From positions 1-50,668 of the forward strand of contig JAYZQJ010000023.1 in assembly GCA_036149055.1 (NCBI GenBank): 50,668 nucleotides of DNA, read 5' to 3'. Both the position numbers and the translations under genes were made by a program. Position 1 is the first letter of the stretch, and each line of letters starts with the position of its first letter. This document shows, piece after piece, positions 32,613-41,691 of the stretch. Source of the stretch: Myxococcota bacterium. Lineage in GTDB: Bacteria; Myxococcota_A; Polyangia; Polyangiales; Sandaracinaceae. The notes beneath the pieces were generated by a model. The model ran no database searches, was not told where the DNA came from, and saw nothing but the letters and a program-made list of their open reading frames with translations.

Positions 32613-32628
32613 AGCAAGAACCGTGCAC
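32613..32628 (-). promoter_or_regulatory. Sigma54-like promoter with non-canonical -24 dinucleotide
   Basis: Minus strand GTGCACGGTTCTTGCT: good TTGC -12 and GCACG, but TG in place of the invariant GG. Confidence 0.35.
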
Positions 32629-32758
32629 CCAAGCTGGGAGCCCATGAAAACGGGGGTATCCGTCCGATCGTCACCGATTCGAAACGGCCATTACGGGGGA
32701 GATCGAAACGCGCGTGACGCCGGGCGGGGCGCCGAAGTGGGCCCATACTCGCGCTGTC

Positions 32759-33517
32759 ATGGAACGAACGACGATCGACGTGGGCGGGGCCCGGGCGGAG
32801 CACCTCCGGGCCGAGCGGGAGGGCCCGGCCCTCGTGCTGCTGCATGGGGCGGGAGGCAACGCCGAGGTGTGGCGGCCGGTGTGCGCGGAGCTGCGCGGGT
32901 TCGACCTCGCCGCGCCGTCGCTCCCCGGGCGGGGGGACGCGGCCGGGCCGGCTCCCCTCACCGCGGCCGAGGCGGCGGACTGGGTGGAGCGGTACCTCGA
33001 CGCGCTGCGGGCCGGCGCGCCCATCCTGGTCGGTCACTCCTACGGCGGCGCGGTCGCCCTGGAGCTGGCCCTGCGGGGCCGGGCGCAGGGGCTGGTGCTC
33101 GTGGCGACCGGGGCGCGCCTCCGGGTGCACCCGGCGGTGCTCGCGGGGGCCGAGGCGGCGGCCGCCGGCGGGCCGAGGCTCTCGAGCCGGGTCGCGTTCG
33201 GCCCGGGGACCCCCGAAGGCGTCATCGCCGCCTACGAGGACGCGGCGACCCGCACGCCCCCCGAGGCCGCGCTCGCCGACTGGCGGGCCTGCGACGCCTT
33301 CGATCGCATGGAGGGGCTGGGCGGCATCGAGGCGCCGGCGCTGGTGATCTCCGGGGCGGACGACGCGCTGACGCCGCCGAAGTACCACGACTACCTCGCC
33401 GAGCGGCTCGGGCGCGCGCAGCGAGAGTCGGTCGAGGGCGCCGGGCACATGCTCCCGTGGGAGCAGCCGCGGGTGTTCGCGCGAATGGCGCGAACCTGGG
33501 CCGCGGGCGTGACGTGA
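32759..33517 (+). CDS. Alpha/beta hydrolase
   Basis: LLHGAGG, nucleophile elbow GHSYGG, GADDALTP and AGHM motifs. Confidence 0.92.
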   Translation: MERTTIDVGGARAEHLRAEREGPALVLLHGAGGNAEVWRPVCAELRGFDLAAPSLPGRGDAAGPAPLTAAEAADWVERYLDALRAGAPILVGHSYGGAVALELALRGRAQGLVLVATGARLRVHPAVLAGAEAAAAGGPRLSSRVAFGPGTPEGVIAAYEDAATRTPPEAALADWRACDAFDRMEGLGGIEAPALVISGADDALTPPKYHDYLAERLGRAQRESVEGAGHMLPWEQPRVFARMARTWAAGVT

Positions 33518-33544
33518 TCGCCGAAGAGGGGTAGAAACGCAGCG

Positions 33545-34105
33545 ATGAAGGTTCGCGACCGCATCCTCGTGATCACCGAGCTCTTCCTGGGCGCCCTCTG
33601 GGCGGACGAGGAGTTCACCGAGGACGAGCAGCGCGCCGTGCGCAAGCTGCTGGCCGACCTGATGCTCTGCACGCCGGACACGCTGCCGGCCAACGTCGAG
33701 GAGCGCATCCAGAGCTTCGATCCCCTGGCCTTCGACATCGACGCGGCGGCCAAGGACTTCGAGGCGGACCCGCCGATGGCGAAGCGCCGGCTGCTGGAGC
33801 TGGTCGGCAAGATGGTCGACGCCGACGGCGTGATGGACATGAAGGAGGACGAGTACCTCCGGCGCCTCGCGAAGGCGCTGGACATGGAGTACTCGGAGTA
33901 CTCCGACCTCGTGCTCGACTACGAGATCGAGGAGCTGCGCGAGAGCTTCGAGGCGCTGCGGACCCCGCCGCCTCCGATGGTCGCCAGCGACGGCCGCTCC
34001 TCGCGCCCGCCGCCCCCGCCGATCGTCGACGAGATCGCGGCCCCCAACCTCGGCGTGCACGCGCCGCCCCCGCCCCCGCCGCTGGTCGACCGCGACGAGG
34101 ACTGA
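33545..34105 (+). CDS. TerB-like (tellurite-resistance/DjlA N-terminal) protein with Pro-rich tail
   Basis: ADEEFTEDE and ADGVMDMKEDEYLRRLAKALDM duplicated TerB motifs. Confidence 0.8.
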   Translation: MKVRDRILVITELFLGALWADEEFTEDEQRAVRKLLADLMLCTPDTLPANVEERIQSFDPLAFDIDAAAKDFEADPPMAKRRLLELVGKMVDADGVMDMKEDEYLRRLAKALDMEYSEYSDLVLDYEIEELRESFEALRTPPPPMVASDGRSSRPPPPPIVDEIAAPNLGVHAPPPPPPLVDRDED

Positions 34106-34174
34106 CCGTCGAAGGCGGTTGCGAAGGCTTTGGACCAAGTCTAATTCCTCCCCCGACTCGAGAGAGGAGTGAGG

Positions 34175-35353
34175 ATGAAGACCCTTCGATGGACGGTTAC
34201 GTTGGCCGCGATGCTGGCGCTCGGCGCCTGCGGCGACGACGAGGAGCGACCCGCGGCCGAGGCGACCGAGGCCCCCGCGGAGGAGACCGAGGCGCCGGCC
34301 GCCGAGCGCCCCCTGCGCGAGGTCGTCGGGACCACCTTCGAGGCGATCCCCGAGGACGCCACCGCGGAGATCGACCGCGAGAAGATGCTGCTCGGCCGCC
34401 GCCTCTATCACGACCCGGCGCTCTCGGGCGACGGCAGCGTGTCGTGCGCGACCTGCCACATGCTCTCGCACGGCGGCGCCGAGCCGCGCCGCAGCTCGAC
34501 CGGCATCCGCGGACAGATCGGCCCGATCAACTCGCCGACCGTGCTGAACGCCGTCTACAACTTCCGGCAGTTCTGGGACGGCCGCGCGGCGGATCTCGCC
34601 GAGCAGGCGGCGGGCCCGGTCAGCAACCCGATCGAGATGGGCGGCGACTGGCCGACCATCCTCGAGCGCCTCCAGGACGACGAGGAGTACGTGGCCGCGT
34701 TCAACGCCGAGTACGGCGAGGGCGGGCTCAACCAGGAGAACGTGATCGACGCGATCGTCCAGTACGAGAGCTACCTGGTCACCCCGTCGCCCTTCGACCG
34801 CTGGCTCGGCGGCGACGACGACGCCCTGACCGAGCAGCAGCAGCGCGGCCTGCGTGCCTTCATGAGCACCGGCTGTCACGCCTGCCACTCGGGCCGCAAC
34901 CTCGGCGGCCTCAACTACCAGAAGCTCGGCGCGGTCCACGACTACTTCGAACGCCGCGGCGGCGCGCTGACCGAGGCCGACCAGGGGCGCTTCAACGTCA
35001 CCCAGAACGAAGACGACCGGCACAAGTTCAAGGTGCCGACGCTCCGCAACGTCGCGATCACCTCGCCCTACTTCCACGACGGTCACGAGCCCAACCTCGC
35101 CGGCGCGGTGCGCACCATGGCGTACGTGCAGCTCGGTCAGGAGCTCACCGACGCGCAGGTGGCGGACATCGTCGCGTTCCTCGGCGCGCTGACCGGCGAG
35201 ATCCCCGCCGACGCCTACATGCCCGGCGCGGCCGGCAGCGAGGCGGCGACGACCCCGGGCGAGCCCGACGCGGAGGACGTCGTCGAGGCGCACCCCGAGG
35301 CGCCGGTCCCGGCCGAGGAGGACGACGCCGACCGGGGCGAGGCCGCCGAGTGA
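34175..35353 (+). CDS. Di-heme cytochrome c peroxidase (CCP/MauG family), lipoprotein
   Basis: Lipobox LGAC; DPALSGDGSVSCATCH, NSPTVLN, QFWDGRA, NPIEM, CHACH and FKVPTLRNVAITSPYFHDG motifs. Confidence 0.95.
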   Translation: MKTLRWTVTLAAMLALGACGDDEERPAAEATEAPAEETEAPAAERPLREVVGTTFEAIPEDATAEIDREKMLLGRRLYHDPALSGDGSVSCATCHMLSHGGAEPRRSSTGIRGQIGPINSPTVLNAVYNFRQFWDGRAADLAEQAAGPVSNPIEMGGDWPTILERLQDDEEYVAAFNAEYGEGGLNQENVIDAIVQYESYLVTPSPFDRWLGGDDDALTEQQQRGLRAFMSTGCHACHSGRNLGGLNYQKLGAVHDYFERRGGALTEADQGRFNVTQNEDDRHKFKVPTLRNVAITSPYFHDGHEPNLAGAVRTMAYVQLGQELTDAQVADIVAFLGALTGEIPADAYMPGAAGSEAATTPGEPDAEDVVEAHPEAPVPAEEDDADRGEAAE

Positions 35354-35377
35354 CGAACCGGTGATACCGTGAGCGGG

Positions 35378-37990
35378 ATGCGCGCCATCTCGCTCACGGC
35401 TCTCCTCTTCTCCTGCGCGTGTCTGCTCGGCGCGTGCGGAGACACCCCGGCTCCCGACGACGCGGCGCCGCCCGAAGACGACGGCGGGGCCGCGTCCTGC
35501 GATCTGGAGCCCTTCGAGGCGGGCGACCCGGACGGGCACGCCGACCCGCTCGGCGTGGGGCCGGGCGAGGCGCGCGCCGGTCGCGTAGAGGCGGCGCAGC
35601 TGCCGCCGTTCCCGAGCGGCCTCCAGGTCTGGGAGGGCGGCGACTTCGTGCTCGCCAACGAGCACGTCGCGATGGTGATCGAGGACGCGGGCGCCTCCGA
35701 TCTCTACGACCCGTGGGGCGGCCGGCCGGTCGGGGTCGCCAGGGTCGAGGAGGGAGCGCTCGTCGACCCGGCGGACTTCGGGGAGATCCTGATCCTGCTC
35801 GGCCGGATGACGGTGCTGACCCGGCGGGTGACGGTGCTCGCCGACGGCTCCGAAGGCGGCGCCGCGATCGTGCGCGCGGAGGGCGCGCCTCGGCCGCTGC
35901 CCTTCTTCGAGAGCGTGACCGGCGGCGTGCTCCCCGGCGACTTCGACCGGATGGACGCGGTCATCGACTACGTGCTCGAGCCGGGCGCGCGGCACGTCGA
36001 CGTGTTCGTCGGGCTGCGCTCCCGCGAGGCCGGCGCGCGGTCCACCACCACGATGCACGCCTTCATGCACACGCCGCGCATGCCGCCCTTCGCGCCGGGC
36101 GTGGGCTTCGACACGGAGGGTGCGTCGGTCCCGTGGGTGGGCTTCGCCGACCCGGACGCGACGAGCTTCGCCTATATGGATCCGGCGCGAGAGCTCGGCG
36201 CCGGCCTCGAGATCAGCGGCTTCGTCTCGTTCTTCACCCGCGGGGTCGTGGCCCGGGTCTGCGAGGACACGCGCCTCCATCACGCTCGGGTCGTCATCGG
36301 CGGGCCGGGCGTCAGCGGGCTGCTCGCGGCGGTGCTCGAGACCCGCGGAGAGGCCGCCCGCACCGTGCGCGGCGTGCTGCGCGACGCCTCGGGCGCTCCG
36401 GCGGCGGGCGCCTGGATCCTCGCGCAGGACGGTGACGCGTTCCTCTCCCGCGCGCGCACCGGCGCCGACGGGAGCTACGCGATCACCGTGCCCGCGGACG
36501 CCGAGGCCTCGCTCTCCGCCTTCCGGCGAGGCGACGCGCCGACGACCCCGACGCCCGCCCCGGGTGAGACGCTCGACCTCACCTTCGGCGAGGCGGGCCA
36601 GGTCCACGTCGTGGCCACCGATCCGTCGGGCGCGCGCCTCCCGGTGCGGGTGCAGGTGCTGCCGGCGCCCGGCGAGAGCGCGCGCGAGCCGGCCGGTCGC
36701 TTCGGCGTGCCTGCGATCCCGCGCGGCCGCGTCCAGGTCGCGTTCGCGATGGAGGGCGAGGTCACCCTCCGCGCCCCGGCCGGCCCGGCCCGGGTCGTGG
36801 TCTCGCGCGGCTACGAGTACGAGCTGGCGAGCGTCGACGTGAACCTGGCCGAGGGCGCGACGGTCGAGGTCCCGGTGACTCTGGAGCGCGTCGTCGACAC
36901 CACCGACGTGCAGTGCGCCGACTTCCACATCCACACCCACCGCAGCAACGACTCCGGCGACGACGCGCGCGAGAAGGTCGCCTCCGCGGTCGCCGACGGG
37001 CTCGAGCTCCCGGTGCGCTCGGACCACGAGTACCCCGGGGACTTCTCGGCCGAGATCGAGGCGCTCGGCGTGGGCGACTGGGCGTTCGCCGCCGGCTCGG
37101 TCGAGATGACCAGCTTCGAGGCCTGGGGACACATGGGCGTCTTCCCGCTCGAGCGGCGGGAGGGCGAGCTCAACGCTGGCACCCCGCGCTGGCAGACCTA
37201 CCCGACCGTCGAGGATCCCGACGCGCCCATCGTCACCCTCGGGCCGACCGAGGTCTTCGACATGGTGCGCGCCCGGCCGGAGGCGCCGGTCGTGATCATC
37301 AACCACCCGCGCGGCGACCCGAACTACTTCGACTTCGTCGGCTACGACCCGGTCACCGGCGCCGTCGACCGCCCGGGCGACTGGGACGAGGCCTTCACCC
37401 TCGTCGAGGTCTTCAACGACGCCGACTGGCGCCGCACCTTCGATCGCACCGTCGTCGACTGGCTCTCGTTCCTCCGCGCGGGCCGGCGCGTCTTCGCGGT
37501 CGGCAGCTCCGACAGCCACGCCCTCAGCCGCTCCCCGGTCGGTTATCCCCGGACCTGCCTCCGCCTCGGCACCGACGACCCGACCGCGCTCGCGGTGGAC
37601 GACGTGCGTGACGCGCTCGCCGGCGGCCGCGGCACCATCAGCGGCGGCGTCTACGTCGACGCGTGGGTCGGCGACGCGCAGCCCGGCGACGACGCGACCG
37701 GTCTCGGCGATGCGGTCGACGTACGCGTCCGCGTGCAGGCGGCGAGCTGGATCGACGTCGACGCGATCGACGTCGTGGTCGACGGCGTCGTCGTGCAGAC
37801 GATCGAGATCCGCCCCGAGGACGCCGACCCCCTCGTGCCCACCGTGCGCTTCGACGCGGACGTCCGGGTCGACGTGGCGGCGGTGAACGGCTTCGTGCTC
37901 TTCGCCGCCTACGGCGACGCCACCCTCGAGCCCGTGCACCCCGGCCGCGTCCCCTTCGGCGTCACCAACCCGATCTTCCTGGCGCGCTGA
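35378..37990 (+). CDS. CehA/McbA-like PHP-fold metallohydrolase lipoprotein
   Basis: Lipobox LGAC; DFHIHTHRSND, SDH, GH, NHPR and GSSDSH PHP metal ligands; SRGYEY in a carboxypeptidase-regulatory-like domain. Confidence 0.85.
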   Translation: MRAISLTALLFSCACLLGACGDTPAPDDAAPPEDDGGAASCDLEPFEAGDPDGHADPLGVGPGEARAGRVEAAQLPPFPSGLQVWEGGDFVLANEHVAMVIEDAGASDLYDPWGGRPVGVARVEEGALVDPADFGEILILLGRMTVLTRRVTVLADGSEGGAAIVRAEGAPRPLPFFESVTGGVLPGDFDRMDAVIDYVLEPGARHVDVFVGLRSREAGARSTTTMHAFMHTPRMPPFAPGVGFDTEGASVPWVGFADPDATSFAYMDPARELGAGLEISGFVSFFTRGVVARVCEDTRLHHARVVIGGPGVSGLLAAVLETRGEAARTVRGVLRDASGAPAAGAWILAQDGDAFLSRARTGADGSYAITVPADAEASLSAFRRGDAPTTPTPAPGETLDLTFGEAGQVHVVATDPSGARLPVRVQVLPAPGESAREPAGRFGVPAIPRGRVQVAFAMEGEVTLRAPAGPARVVVSRGYEYELASVDVNLAEGATVEVPVTLERVVDTTDVQCADFHIHTHRSNDSGDDAREKVASAVADGLELPVRSDHEYPGDFSAEIEALGVGDWAFAAGSVEMTSFEAWGHMGVFPLERREGELNAGTPRWQTYPTVEDPDAPIVTLGPTEVFDMVRARPEAPVVIINHPRGDPNYFDFVGYDPVTGAVDRPGDWDEAFTLVEVFNDADWRRTFDRTVVDWLSFLRAGRRVFAVGSSDSHALSRSPVGYPRTCLRLGTDDPTALAVDDVRDALAGGRGTISGGVYVDAWVGDAQPGDDATGLGDAVDVRVRVQAASWIDVDAIDVVVDGVVVQTIEIRPEDADPLVPTVRFDADVRVDVAAVNGFVLFAAYGDATLEPVHPGRVPFGVTNPIFLAR

Positions 37991-38665
37991 TCAGTACTCG
38001 GGGAGCGGCTCGCCGCGGACGGTGGCGAGGGCGTCGTCGTAGATGTCGCGCATGTAGCGCATGTAGGTGTCGAGGCTCGCGCCGGTCGCGGACGCGTGGT
38101 AGGCGAGCTCGACCTCGGTGACCGAGCCGTCGCCGACCGGGCGCAGCACGATCGAGCCCTCGATGACGCGGATGAGGGTGCTGCCGTTGGTCTTCTGCCA
38201 GCGCATGGCGACGACCTCGGGCTCCTCGACGGTGCCGGTGACCACGCCGTGGCGCCAGGTGACGTCCCACTCGACGGTGACGATGTCGCGGGCGATGTGG
38301 TGGATGACGTACGAGAAGTCGTACATCGGATCCTCGAGGGTCATCGGCGACCACTCGCCGGCGGTCGTGCGCCGGTCGGCGCCCACCGCGGGATCCCGGT
38401 AGGCGGCCCAGACCTCGGCGAGCGGCGCCTGGATGTAGCCGCGGCCGAGCACGACGTCGTAGCTCCGCTCGCTGCGGCCCTCGACCACGAACTCCTCGGG
38501 GTACGGATCCTCGGCGGTGCCCTCGGGCGGCGCGAGGTCGTTCTCCTCGAGCGGCTCGAGGCCGTCGGGGAACTCGGTCTCCTCGTTCCCGAAGCAGCCG
38601 ACCAGGGACAGCGCGAGCGCGGACGCCCACGCCGCGGACTTCAGCGCGCGACGCACGGCGGCCAT
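37991..38665 (-). CDS. Hypothetical lipoprotein, possible START/SRPBCC fold
   Basis: Lipobox LVGC; GYIQAPLAEVWAAY...TEVEL helix-grip pattern. Confidence 0.7.
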   Translation of the reverse strand: MAAVRRALKSAAWASALALSLVGCFGNEETEFPDGLEPLEENDLAPPEGTAEDPYPEEFVVEGRSERSYDVVLGRGYIQAPLAEVWAAYRDPAVGADRRTTAGEWSPMTLEDPMYDFSYVIHHIARDIVTVEWDVTWRHGVVTGTVEEPEVVAMRWQKTNGSTLIRVIEGSIVLRPVGDGSVTEVELAYHASATGASLDTYMRYMRDIYDDALATVRGEPLPEY

Positions 38666-38688
38666 CCTGCGGAAGAACCGCGCCCCGG

Positions 38689-40587
38689 TCAATCGAGCCA
38701 GCGCGCGAGGGCCACGACCGGGGCCAGCGCGGCCCGGGTGACGGCGCGGCGCGCCTCGCTTCCGCGGATCCAGTCCGCCGCCCCCGGGCCCCAGTCCTCG
38801 TAGAGCGCGACGAGCGCGCGGCCCGGGGCGTGGCTGCGGAGATGACGGTCGCGGAAGCGGCGGAGCGCGCCGATCTCGGCCGCCATCGGGGTGCCCCACG
38901 CGGCGGTGGCCACGAAGCAGGGCGAGACCGTGGTGAAGTGGATCGGCGTGGTGGTGACCTCGGCCGAGGTGATCGGCCCCGGCGCGTTGCACTGGTCGAT
39001 GGCGCGTACGGCCACGTGATAGGTGGTCTCGGGCGAGAGGCCGCCGAAGTCGAGCTCGATGACGTCCCCCGGCGCGCCCTGCACGGGCACCACCAGCTCG
39101 GTCCGCTCGATGTTCGCCTCCACCGCCGGGAGCGCGCGCTCGAAGCTCTCGAGGTCGACGATGGGCCGCGTGCCGACCCGGACCTCGTAGCGCGCCAGCG
39201 CGCGGGGGCTCTCCGGGACCTGGAAGCGCAGCGTCGCCCAGTGATGCGCGCTCTTCTCGTCGGCGTGCTCGACCACCTCGAGCGCCGGCACCGCGGTCGG
39301 GCTCATCGGCACGTCGCAGATGCCGACGCACTCGAAGTCGGGCCCGCAGACCAGGTCTCGCCCGCAGGTGTCGTCGCCGGGCGTGCACTCGCGGCCGCAC
39401 TCCGGCGGCGGGTCGGGCTGCTCGCAGATGTTGTAGGCGGGCACGGTGACCCGGAGGCGCTCTCCCGGCCCGCGGAGGCGGTCGGCCCCGCTCCCCGGCG
39501 CCCCGCTCGGGTCGTCGACGATGGTGCCGTCCATCGGGCGGATGTCGCCGTCCTCGCCGTGCAGCGCGCCGTAGCCGATCGGCGCGGTCGCCGCCCACTC
39601 GCCGCCGACCGGGCCGATGGTGAAGGGCACCTCGTAGATCACCGACGGCTGGCCGCGGTAGGGGTAGCCGTACTGCATCGCCCAGTAGTCCCACATCCCG
39701 CTCGGGCCGGTGGGCGTCGGGTAGACCTCGCCGTTGTGGTCGTCGTTCCAGTCGCCCTCGACGTGCACCTCGGCGTAGAGGCGGTAGGCGCCGTTCGGCC
39801 ACTCGGGCGGCACGTCGAAGACGATCTGGGTTGGGCGCTCGCCGGCCGGCGTCGCCATGGTGACCGCGTCGATCACCGGCATGACGCGCCGGGCGTCGTC
39901 GGCGAAGCGGCCCACGTCCTCGTGGTCGCCGCAGGCCGGGGTGTCGCAGGCCGTCACGTCGCGCCGGGGTGGGTAGAGCGAGGTGGTCTCCATCGAGCGC
40001 ATCATCGCGCTGCCGCCGACCGCCTCGAAGGGCTCGGCGTAGCCCGCCGAGACGTCCTCGTCGGTCACGTAGCGACCCTTGTTGCTCATGAAGACGGAGG
40101 CGCAGGTCGTGGCGTCGAGCGCGTCGCGGCCGCTGCGGGCGCGGTCGAAGCTGAGGCAGAAGTAGTCGTCGCGGGTGTTGCGCGGCTCGCCCGCGGAGCC
40201 GGCGCTCGAGGCGTTCCCCTCGGAGCGGCGGCCGTTGAAGATCACGCGCGGGAAGGCCTCTCCGCCGGCGGCGACGCGGCGGTGCGCCCAGACGGGGAGC
40301 ACGCCCTCGCGGCGGCCGTACGGCCAACGCCAGCTGCTGTTCATCTGGAGGGCGCCGGGCCGGTTGCCGATGCCGCGCACGGCGACTCCGTCGGTGAGGC
40401 GGAGGGTGCGGAAGACGGTGCCGTCCTCGCTCTCGATCCAGATGGCGATGGAGGTCCGCGCGGTCGGGGTGAACCCGATCTCCACGCGGCGCGCGCCCTC
40501 CTCCTGCGCGGAGGCGGTCGGGGCGAGCGCGATCGTCGAGATCGCCAGCGCCAGCGCGGCGGCTCTCGTCGTGAAATGCTGCATCAT
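38689..40587 (-). CDS. Secreted protein: DUF2271-like N-terminus, FN3-like domain, CFI-box-CTERM sorting domain
   Basis: Signal ending ASA-Q; IAIWIESEDG...RTL...LPVW...DAVTMAT...YRLYAEV; GLSPETTYHVAVRAID; CFVATAAWGTPMAAEIGALRRFRDRHL. Confidence 0.82.
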   Translation of the reverse strand: MMQHFTTRAAALALAISTIALAPTASAQEEGARRVEIGFTPTARTSIAIWIESEDGTVFRTLRLTDGVAVRGIGNRPGALQMNSSWRWPYGRREGVLPVWAHRRVAAGGEAFPRVIFNGRRSEGNASSAGSAGEPRNTRDDYFCLSFDRARSGRDALDATTCASVFMSNKGRYVTDEDVSAGYAEPFEAVGGSAMMRSMETTSLYPPRRDVTACDTPACGDHEDVGRFADDARRVMPVIDAVTMATPAGERPTQIVFDVPPEWPNGAYRLYAEVHVEGDWNDDHNGEVYPTPTGPSGMWDYWAMQYGYPYRGQPSVIYEVPFTIGPVGGEWAATAPIGYGALHGEDGDIRPMDGTIVDDPSGAPGSGADRLRGPGERLRVTVPAYNICEQPDPPPECGRECTPGDDTCGRDLVCGPDFECVGICDVPMSPTAVPALEVVEHADEKSAHHWATLRFQVPESPRALARYEVRVGTRPIVDLESFERALPAVEANIERTELVVPVQGAPGDVIELDFGGLSPETTYHVAVRAIDQCNAPGPITSAEVTTTPIHFTTVSPCFVATAAWGTPMAAEIGALRRFRDRHLRSHAPGRALVALYEDWGPGAADWIRGSEARRAVTRAALAPVVALARWLD

Positions 40588-40700
40588 CGGCAAACCTAGC
40601 CAAACACGCGCCTAGGGTCGACCCGCTCCCGTGTCCACCACGTCTCGGGGACAATCGTCCCCGTCCCCTCAGATCGGGTGGGGCTTCGAGTTTTTTGGCT

Positions 40701-40955
40701 CTCGCAAAGGCGCAAAGGCGCAAAGGGGCAAGGGGGCAAGAGGGCGGGGCGGGCGTCGGGATGGGGGCTGGCCATCGGCCGGCCGCTTGCGGGGGGCGAA
40801 TGGGCCTGGGCGATGCTTCGGCGGCAACTGCTTTCTCGCAGAGGCGCAGAGTCGCAGAGGGGGGCCGGGCACGGCCCCGGCAGTCTCGGCCGCCGGCGGC
40901 CAGCCGCCGCCCGTTGGCCCCCATGGGGACTCTGCGTCCTTGCGTCTTCGCGCGA
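40701..40955. repeat. Intergenic 8-bp-period repeat arrays (CGCAAAGG/CGCAGAGG) in direct and inverted orientation
   Basis: 40703-40742 CGCAAAGG x3 plus degenerate copies; 40837-40860 CGCAGAG[GT] x3; inverted array at 40930-40955. Confidence 0.8.
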
Positions 40956-40990
40956 ATGAATGGTTGTCGCCGAAGTCCCCCGGACGAAGG

Positions 40991-41644
40991 TCAGGATCTC
41001 GAGGGGTCGCGGTGGAACTCGGGGTCGAGGTGGAGGCGCTGGGCGAGGTCGGGGCGGCCTTCGGCGCGCCAGCCCTCCAGGAACGCGGCCTCGGCCTCGG
41101 CGAGGTCGGCGAGGGAGCCGATCGCGGCCTCGATGTGGGCGACCATTCGCTCGAGGGCGGGGCGCCAGGGCTCGACGCCGTCGCCGCGGCTCAGCAGCGC
41201 GGCCCGGTAGCGCGCCTGCTGGAGAGAGCGGCGGGTCTCCTCGGCCCACGTGCCGTGGAGCTGATTGCTGAAGAGGTGCACGTGGCGGTGCCAGTGAAAG
41301 GGGCGCGGGGCGCCGGTGCGCAGCAGCGTGATCGCCATCTCCGAGCCGAGCTGGAGCGCGCGGCGGTGGAGCGGCCACAGCGCCTCGCCGAAGTGCTCGA
41401 TCTCGTCCGCGTACGGCTCGAGGCGGTGTGGTCGATCGCGCAGGGCCGCCTCGATCGCTCGCTCCCCGGCGTCGCGGTCGGCGGCGCTCCGCCACGCGAA
41501 GCGGATCCAGAGATCCGGCTCCCAGAGGAAGTGCCAGCTCGTCGTTCGCGGTCTCACCGCGTCGAGGAGCGGGAGGAGGTCGCGCAGCAGCGCCTCGTCG
41601 GGGGAGGTCTCCGTCTCGACGACGAGCTGGGTCCAGGTCGACAT
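40991..41644 (-). CDS. Lantibiotic dehydratase C-terminal (elimination-domain)-like protein
   Basis: W...D.LL...W(H)FL..P.LWIRF...PY..E..HFG...GSE...HLFSNQL resembles the Lant_dehydr_C / thiopeptide-type pattern. Confidence 0.6.
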   Translation of the reverse strand: MSTWTQLVVETETSPDEALLRDLLPLLDAVRPRTTSWHFLWEPDLWIRFAWRSAADRDAGERAIEAALRDRPHRLEPYADEIEHFGEALWPLHRRALQLGSEMAITLLRTGAPRPFHWHRHVHLFSNQLHGTWAEETRRSLQQARYRAALLSRGDGVEPWRPALERMVAHIEAAIGSLADLAEAEAAFLEGWRAEGRPDLAQRLHLDPEFHRDPSRS

Positions 41645-41691
41645 GCCGCTACGACGGCCCGGCGCGGCCGAAGTTCGCGGAAAACGCCCTC

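Noticed and set aside
28647..37939. Very long antisense ORFs (28647..32717 +, 32555..37939 -) and similar ones such as 2068..5319, 23321..26686 and 42489..45818
   Set aside because: Shadow frames of real genes in high-GC DNA; Arg/Gly/Ala/Val-rich with no recognisable motifs.
33545..37990. TerB-CCP-PHP genes as a dedicated detoxification system
   Set aside because: Common families; co-orientation alone does not support a functional link.
40991..41644. Link between the dehydratase-like protein and the Thr-rich DPTPTP peptides
   Set aside because: About 14 kb apart in a different transcription unit, no glutamylation domain, and the DPTPTP proteins carry export signals.
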